Assembly (NCBI GenBank): GCA_029240195.1 | Contig: JARBTN010000005.1 | Coordinates: 1-49,377, forward strand | Length of the DNA: 49,377 bases | Direction: 5' to 3' | Source of the DNA: Chlamydiales bacterium | GTDB lineage: Bacteria; Chlamydiota; Chlamydiia; Chlamydiales; JARBTN01 | In this document: positions 18,801-27,800 of the stretch, piece after piece | Numbering within the stretch: the first letter of the stretch is position 1 | Layout: every line of letters starts with the position of its first letter | Notes under the pieces: generated by a model | Database searches by the model: none | What the model was told of the DNA's origin: nothing | The model's input: the letters and a program-made list of their open reading frames with translations, nothing else | Position numbers and translations under genes: made by a program

Positions 18801-21800
18801 TTTGAAAATATGCCCGTCGGCACCTATCGCCTCTCCTTTAGCGGCGACGGGCTCAAAGAGATGCTCGACATCGTGCCTCAAGAGGTGCAGATTGCCGAAA
18901 AGCAGCAAGCTTTTGTAGAGTGCCAGCTGGCAGCAAAGCTTGGCAAAATGCAGATTGCCGTCGAATTGCCCTATGCCGCTCAGGATGCCAAATTAAAAGT
19001 ATCTGTCAAAGATAGCAAAGGCAAATTGCTCCATCAGGCGAGCAATGCCCTCAAGCTCAGCGGCATGGCGCCTGGCCACTACCAGATCTGTTATGAAAAT
19101 CGGGCCGATCTGGTGGCGCCCGCCGATGAACAGGTGGAGCTAAAAGCGGGCGAAGAGCTTTTCCTGACCGGAAAATACCAAATTGCCGAAGGCTCCCTCT
19201 CCCTCACCTTGAAAGGGGAAGTGAAGAGTGAAGAAGGGGCGCGCATTGCCTTAAAAGATGCAAATGGCGCTGTCTCCTTCATCACCTTTGACGAAGTTTC
19301 CTTGCTCGGCGAAGAAAAGACTGTGCACCTGCCTGTCAGCACCTATGAGGTGCAGGTCGACTCCCTCTCCCCTCTCCTTAAAAAAGGGAAGAAGGAGCAA
19401 GTGCATATTCTAAAAGGGGAAAACTCCCCCCTGACGCTCTGGCTTCAGGCTGAAAAAGGCTCGCTCTTCATTGAAGCGGCGCTGCCTGAGCTGTACCGAA
19501 CGCGCGAAGAGCCTCTCATCTCTTTAAGCGATGAGAGCGATCATCTCATTTTAGAGAGCCATAAGAGGGCGCTCCATGTGCCTGATCTGTTGCCCGGCGA
19601 CTATCAAATTAGTTTTGGGCCGATGCCTCGCCTTCAGTCCCCCGAAGTGCTTAAAGTAAAGATCAGCGCCAAACAAGAGGCCAAAGTTGCCACTGCCTAT
19701 ACTTATGAGACAGCGGAGCTCCGGCCCATTTTAAAATTTGAGCCCGTCTCTGAAGCTTTAGAAGAGATCCTCGACGACGTCTTAAGCCAATCGACATTTG
19801 AGGTGATCGAAGAGGGTTCATTGAAAGCGACAGCGCTGGCCAAAGAGCAGCTAAAAAACATCGCTTTAGGCGTCTTCCTCCTCGATTTTGGCCCGATGCC
19901 TCTTGGCCACTATCGCCTAGTTGCCCACCTGCCGACCCTGCATGGCCTCTTCAAAAGCAAAGAGATGGTGCGTGTGGCCCTGGAAAAAGAGGCCGGCGAA
20001 CCGGCCATCTTGACCGTCACCCCCCGCTATGCCAAGCTCAGCGTGGAGACAGAAGGGGTCTTTGGCAAAGCGCCGCTGATTTCGCTCTTTGACAAGCAAG
20101 GCAACCTGCTTTTGCAAGATAGCGCCCTGGCTATGGAAAACCTATTGCCCGGCAAATACCTGGTGTCGTTTGAAAGAAAAGAATTCTACCTCTCCCCCCC
20201 TCCCCTCTCTTTGACGCTAAAGCCAAGTGAGAGCATCGAGCAAATTGTGCAACCCTATCAAAGGGAAAAAGGATTCTTAAATGTCCAAGTTGGCAGCGAC
20301 TCCAAGCTATCGCCCCCCACTTTGACCCGCCTTCTCCTGACCGATGAAGAGGGAAAGAAGACGTTCTTGCCCAACAAAGACTGCCACTGGATAGAGAAAG
20401 GGAAAGAGCTTCATCTCAAAGCCGAGCTGGCTGCTGGCAACTACCAAATAGAGACCCTTTTGCCCAAACAAGAGGAGTCATTTCAAGCGCCGCTTAAAAA
20501 GACCCTCACCCTCTTTGGCGATAAAGAGACCCCTTTTGTCGAGGAGCTGAAGACAGATTTTGCGACTTTGCAAGTGACGACTTCCTTTTCCCAAGAGATC
20601 GGCGACATGCCTCCGGCCATCACTGTCATCGATTTGAAGACAGGCAAAGAGTGCGCGCGTTCTGAAGAGGGCTCTTTAAAAGAGCGGCTAGAACCGGGCT
20701 CTTATCTCGTGTTATATGACGAGCTGCCCGACTACGAGACTCCTTCTCAAGAGACGCTCCATCTAAAAGCCAAGGAGAGCTTGTCCATCGATGGATTCTA
20801 CCGGCTGGCCAAAGGGCATTTAAAAGTGAGCGTCCATCTCCTGCCAAGAGGGGACCGTTTAGAAGGAATTGCCTTTAGATTAATCGACCAAGCCGGTCAG
20901 CGCAAGATCTACCCCAATGAATCGGCAGAGGTGCGCTACGGTGCAAATCATGCAGAGATCAGCGTCCAAGACCTCGCCGTCGGCACTTATCAGCTGGAAT
21001 TCATCCTGCCCAATGAAGATGGCTTGTTCCCCTCTCTGCCCGTCAAAGAGATTGCCATCAGCAAAGGACAAGTGACTGAAGTGGAGCAAAAGATTCAGCT
21101 TCACCACGCTAGCTTAAGAGTGGAAACCTCCTTTGAAGGAAGACGCCCAACAGGAGAGCACCTCTATTTCGAGGTCTTTGATCCGACCGGAAAGAAAATT
21201 GCCGCCGCCAAGCAAGATGCTCTCTCTTTAAAGCAGCTCACGCCTGGCCTATACCGGGTGGAATACCGAGCTGTCAGCGGGTTCAAGCCGCCAGTTGGGG
21301 CCGATGTTCAACTTTTAGCTGGCTCTGAAGGCATCGTCAGCGGGCACTTTGAGCGCGCCCTCGGCGAACTCAGCTGCCGCTTCCTCGTTGCCGGCAAAGA
21401 GGAGTTGTTAGAAAAGCTGCAAGTGGCCATTTTGCAAAAAGGGCAAGTGCTCCATAGCCAGCTCTTTAAAGACATCCCCGCCGTACTAGATCCAGCAAGC
21501 GGCAAACAGCTGAAGGCATTAGAAATGCCTTTGAAGATCGGACGCTATGAATTGGCGCTCCTCAGCGGCACAGAGCATCTAGAGGAGATGGAGCCCATCC
21601 CCTTTGCCATTCAAGAGAGGGAGACGACTTATTTGACGCCCACGCTCTTTACAAAGCTTGGCATGGTCATCGCCTCCATCCACCTGCCAAAAGAGATGCA
21701 AGCCTATGGCGACGCGCTGCCTCAAGTTCAGCTAGAAGATGGACAAGGCCAGGTTGTCTTTGCAGGGAAAACAAACGATATTGCCATCGGCGACTTGCCG

Positions 21801-24800
21801 GCCGGCAAATATACGCTGCAATTGAAGCCCCATCCGCTCTACCAAGATAGCGCTCCCTTGCACATCTCTTTAGAGCCGGGAGAGCTATTTGGCCCCTACC
21901 ATTTCCACCTAAAAGAAGCCACCGGCTCTTTAGAAGTGAGCTATGGTGTAAAGGGCCCAAGCCACTACCTTTCGGAAGTGGAGGTCGAATTGGCCGACGG
22001 AAGCGGATCTTTGGTGGCCAAAGAAGCGATGCACCTCAAAGAAGCTCCGTTGCTCGGCGGCGAGATTGCCTTCTATCCTGAGCTGCCAGTCGGCGTCTAT
22101 CACCTGACGTTTAAGCCAAAGAGCAGAACCGGGCTATTTGCCGAAAAGACCATGACTTTGCGCATCGGAAAAGGGGAAAATCAGCGGATCGAAGAGAGCT
22201 TTGACCTGCTAGTGAGCAAGCTATCGATCCGGGTTCAGCAAGAGGGCGGCGAGGAAATTCCAAGCGCCCATCTGATCTTGCAAGACCAAAAAGGGCAGAC
22301 AGTATGGCAAGAAGACGGCTTAATCTTTGAAAGAGAAGTCGTCTCCGGCAGCTACACCCTGTCCTTTGCACCGATCGATGGGTTTAAGACTCCGCCTCCT
22401 GTACCTTGCCATCTAGAGCCGCTCAAAAGCCAAGAGGTGCGCGCGCTTTACGAGCGAGCCAAGGGCAGCTTGCGCGTGCTCTACTCAACAGATGAGGCTA
22501 AGCGCTTTTTAGACTCGATTCATATTGCGGTCTATGGGCCAAAGCATAGTGATCAGCCGGAGGTGCGCGATCTGCAAACTTCTGCCGGAACTTCGGACTG
22601 GCAGCGCGAAGCGCTCTTTAAAGACCTGCCGACCGGCACCTACCAAGTGAGTTTTTCAAGCCAGCATGAAGATGCCCTCCTCCTGCCAAAGAGCCAGAGC
22701 ATCTCCATCCGCGAGGGAACGTCGATCTTAGAAGAGCGCATCTCGCTCAATTTGGTCTCTTTGAGCGTCGCGCTCAAAGTAGAGATGGCCTCTAAAGAAG
22801 GGCTGCCTCTGGTGCAAGTGCTCGACCAACAAAGCAACGTCTTGGCCGAAGGGCAAAAAGAGGAATTGTCAGTCGACCTTTTCCCAGGCCTCTACCAGAT
22901 CCATGTCGCCGCCCACCCTGAGTTTCAGGAGGTGGAACCGCTGCAACTCATGCTGAAAGAGGAAAAAGTTAAGCGCGTCGACTTACCTTTACTGCGCGCT
23001 AGAGGCTCGTTAGAAGTGTTCTTTGAGATGGACGATGACCCAAGCCTTTTACCCTATGTGCAAGTGGCCCTCCTCGACGCTCAAGGGAGAGACATTCAGC
23101 CGAGCGAAGAAAGGGCATCTTTTGTCCGCTTTGACAATCTCTATACCGGATCTTACCGCCTCTGCTATAAGAATCGAGGGAAGGAGAAGGTCATCCGCGA
23201 GTTTGAGACAGACGTCGTCATCTTGAAAGGGGAAGTGCTGTCCTTAAAAGAGCGCATCTCTTCTCTCTTTGGCTTGCTTCAAGTCTCCTTGCAGTCGGAT
23301 GAAGGGGAAGAAACGGACAAAGCTTGCCTTGAAATCCGCAATAGCTTGGGGCAGCTCATCGGCCAAGAGAGCACCTCTTTTCAAAAAAAAATGAAAGAGG
23401 GCATGTATGAAATCGTCTGCCGGCCCAGCCAATATTATCGCTTAGCAAAAGGCCAAGAGGCAAAAGCTACTGTTTCCTTCGATCCGGACAACAAAGCCCA
23501 TGCCCTCAACTTTGAGCTAGAGCGCAAAAAAGGGTCGCTCGAAGTGGCCTTTACCACCAACTCTGAAGGGGTGCTGCTCGATCAAATTGAAGCTATTTTA
23601 ATTGGCGACGACAAGCAAGAGTGGCATGCGCGCGCTTCTATCGCGCAAGACCCTCCCGCTGCCGTGCAAACCTTCGAGTCGCTCCCGACGGGCTCTTACT
23701 CCCTGCTCTTTAAAACACCTCTCCTCAAAGGATGCTTAAAAGCCCCTCCTGAGAGGACAGTGGCCATCAAAGAAGGAGATAAGGCCGAGATCAAATATCA
23801 GTTTCATTTGAACTTGGCCTCTTTGGGAGCCATCGCCAAAGTTCAATCGACAAAAGAGCCCTTTGCCCTACCACAAGGGATTGTCTTAAAAAATGAACAG
23901 GGCGAAGAGATCGTGTCAACGAGCGAGGGCTCTTTAAAAAAAGAGCTGCTGCCCGGAAAATATCACCTCTCCTTTGCCCAAAAAGAAGGGTTCGACACTC
24001 CGCAGCCCAAACTGATTGAGTTGCATGCAGGCCAAAAGATGCATGTAGAGGGGAACTATCGCCCGGTATTTGGCAGTTTGGAGCTTTGCTATTTTGTCAA
24101 AGACTTGCCAGAGCGGCTCAAAGGGATCACCCCCTATCTGATCGACGCCTCCAATCGCAAGATCGATTTAAAAGAGGAGTGGGCCTCGGAGAAAAAGGCC
24201 CTGCACACCTACGGCCAGCGCCTGATTGCAAAAGGGATTCCAGAAGGAAGCTACCGCTTAGAATTTGCTGTGGCAAATGCCGACGGGCTCATCCGCGAGG
24301 TGCCCCCAAGAGAGATCGAGATCAAACGGGATAAGCTCTTTAAAGTGGAAGAGTCCTTTGCCTGTAATTTGGCCTCTTTCTCGATTGATATCAAAGCTCC
24401 CCTCCCCTATCAACCGACCACGCTGTTCGCTCCCAAGATGCGCCGGCATAGCCACTACCCGGTCAAAGTGATCGACCCTCAAGGGCATGTGGTGCGCAAA
24501 GATTCCACCGATCATTTGGCCGTATCCAATCTGATTCCTGGCAAATATCGCGTGGAATTTGGTCCCATCGAGCATCTCGTCGCGCCAGCGCCCCTAGACA
24601 TTGAATTGAATGTGGGCGAGAAAAAAGAGCCGATGGCTGTGCAATACAGACCCGCGATCGGCAAGCTGCATGTCGACTATCAAGTGGAATACTTTCAAGG
24701 AGAGGTGCCGCGCTTTGAAGTGACACTGACCGATCGGCTGGGAACGAAGCAGGTGTTGCGCAAAGAGCATTTTGAAGATAAAGAGAAAGGACGGATAATT

Positions 24801-27800
24801 GAGGTGCCAGAGCTGCTTGCCGGCAATTACACCCTCTCATTTAAAGCGCTAGACCCTCTCTTTCCCATCTCTAAACCGCCCATTTCCCTGAAAATTGCGC
24901 CGGATGAAACCCTCTCCTTAAAAGAGACAATCATCCCCTGCTTTAGCTCGGTCGACTGCCAAATTGCCTTTCAGACAGAGCATCACAGCAAAGAGATGCC
25001 TCGCATCGATCTCTTTGACAGCGAAGGGCGCCAAGTCCAATCGTCGACCACGGGCAAGCTGCGCTTCGACCAGCTGACGCCTGGCAAGTGGTCGCTCTCC
25101 TTTGAAGAGGTGCGCGACTTTGAAACTCCAGAGCCAATTGTCTTTGAAGCCAAGCCGCAGCAAGAGATCGGACCGCTGGTGGCCACCTATCGGCTCGGCA
25201 AAGGAACGCTCAACGTCACCTATGATACAGGACCGCTCAAAGAGCGGCTCGACCAGGTGCGCTTTTTCTTGATCGATGCCAAAGGGCGCAAACAGATGTT
25301 CCCCCGGCAGTTAGACAGCACCACTTTAGAGGAAGGGCACTCCAGAACGGTTGAAATTCAAAACCTATTTGCCGGCCGCTATGATGTAGAATTTACCGTA
25401 CCTAATAAAGACGGCCTATTCAAAGAGATGGGCAAGATGGCTGTGGTCATTCATAAGGGGAAGGCCGCCTCTTTACAAGCGGCGCTCGTCCCTCAATATG
25501 GCAAGATCAACGCCTCCTATCAAATAGAAGGGGCGCTCCCCCATCTGCCGCCCATCCTTTTAGTGGATAAATTTGGCGAGATTAAGGCGCAAGGGACAGA
25601 AGGGCACCTCGAAGCTGACTTGCTCACGCCCGGCCACTACCAGATCGTCTTCCCAGACTTGCCAGGCTTTAAAGCAGTCGACCCAGTGGCAGTGAATCTC
25701 GCGCCAAGCGGACAAGAGGGGCCATTCAAACGCATCTATAAGAAAGAGTTTGCGCATCTGTCGATCACTGTCGACCCTCTCGACCGCGAGTGGGCGCTCT
25801 ATCAAAACGGCCGGCTTTTGAAAAAAGGGAAAGGATCGGTGGCCTCGCTGGCCGTTGCGCCGGGAGAGGGGTACTTTCTCAAAGCCGAGGAAGTGCCAGG
25901 CTTTGAAGCCATCACCAAGCCCACCGGCACCTTTGCCCTGATGGGAGATGAGCCTTTGGCAGCAGAGATTTGCTACAGCCAAGAGATGGGGTATTTAGCG
26001 ATAGAGGCGCTATTGCCCGAAGAGGAGATCGCCACGATCACCCTCACGCCAGCGCTTGGCGGCAATGCCATCAAGAGATCGCTCTCGGCCAGAGGAGGCA
26101 AGATTGAAATGCCTTTAGAAGCTCTGCCTGTCGGCACATACCTCATCTCCTACGAACTGCCCCATTATTTAAAAGAGCCGGCGGTTCAGAAGGTGCATGT
26201 GCAAAAAGGAGAGACACTGTCGATCAATCCGGCATTCCAGTCGATACGCAAGATTGCCGTCGCCACCAATAGCGATGACGCCATTTTCTCCCTCCTGCAG
26301 GGGGGCAAAGAGATTGCGTCGGGCAAAGGGCGGCAGTACCTCTTCCAAAATCTTCTGCCGGGCACTTATACAGTTCAATTTGATAAGAGGCCAAAAAGCG
26401 CTTTGATCAGCCCTAAAAGCCAGACGCTCCTCCTCGCCAAAGAAGAGGATAGCTCAGTGCAAGGGGACTACCTCAAAGCATGCTCGCTGATCATCTCGTC
26501 CAATGCCGAACAGTTTAGCTGCCATATTGATAGAATTGAGACAAAAGGGGTAGAAAGCAGCGGGCAGCCAGAGACTATCGACGGCAGCCGCACCTTCACC
26601 TTGCCGGAAGGGACTTACCGGATCACATTTATGCCTTTAGACAGCAAGATGGCCGCTAAATTTGGCCAGGGATGTCCGGACCCGGTAGAAGTGACCCTGC
26701 GGCCTAACCGACCAGAGCGCGTGCACGGCCTCTTTGAAGATACAAAAGGGAGCCTTGTCGTCACCTCTAACTTGAGCGAGGCCTACTTTACGGTGCAAGA
26801 TACGGCCACTCAACTTGTGCTCGGCCGCTACAAGGGCAAATACACGGTCATCCCTATGACCGCTGTGGGCACCTATCAGATCACTTTTGAGCCGATTGCC
26901 AACTACAAAACGCCCGATCCGTTGCTCATCTCCGTCAAAGGAGGCAAGCGCAAAATCGTGGGCGGCACTTATCTGCCCTTGCAAAAAGTGATCTCCATCG
27001 CCAAAGGGCCCGCCATCTATGGCGATATCTTCGGCGATGGCGCAAGCGACGAAAGGCCAGCTCGCACAGTTGATCTTTCGGAGTTTTTGATCGGCATCTA
27101 TGAAGTGACCAATAGCCAATATGCAGCATGGTTGAATAAAGCGCTCAGCGAAGAGAAGGTCCAATTAGAGATGAAAGGGACCAATCGCGGCAAGGTGACC
27201 GATAAAGAAGGGCACCTGCTCTTTAAAACAAGCGAGGCCGATCCGTTTAGCCAAATTCAAGTGGCTCCCGCTAACAAAGGGTGGGCGTTCTCCCCCATCA
27301 ATGGCAAAGGCAACCACCCTGTGATCTATGTCTCATGGTATGGCGCAAACCTCTATTGCCAAGACAACGGGTTTCGCCTTCCCTTTGAAGCAGAGTGGGA
27401 AAAAGCCGCTGGCCAGACTATTAACAGCCCTTCTCTCAAAAAATACCGGTATGGATGCTCTCAAAATGAAATTGATCGCACCTATGCCAACTACAAAGAG
27501 ACCTATCAAAAGAATGCCACCTTCCAGGTCAATACCCGCGAAGTCGGCTTCTACAATGGCATCAATTTGCTGGAAAACGCTCCAGCAAAAGGCAGGAAAG
27601 AGGGTTCCTATGGCACTCACATTGCCCAAAGCCCGGCCGGCTGCTTTGACATGAGCGGCAACGTCAGAGAATGGGTGCAAGACTGGCACGATGCCGATTA
27701 TCTCAAATACGCTCCCTCTCTTGACCCGCAAGGGGCTGGACAGGGAACAAAAAAGGTGACGAAAGGGGGCAGCTACGCCAGCTTCCCTTATGAGACGCGC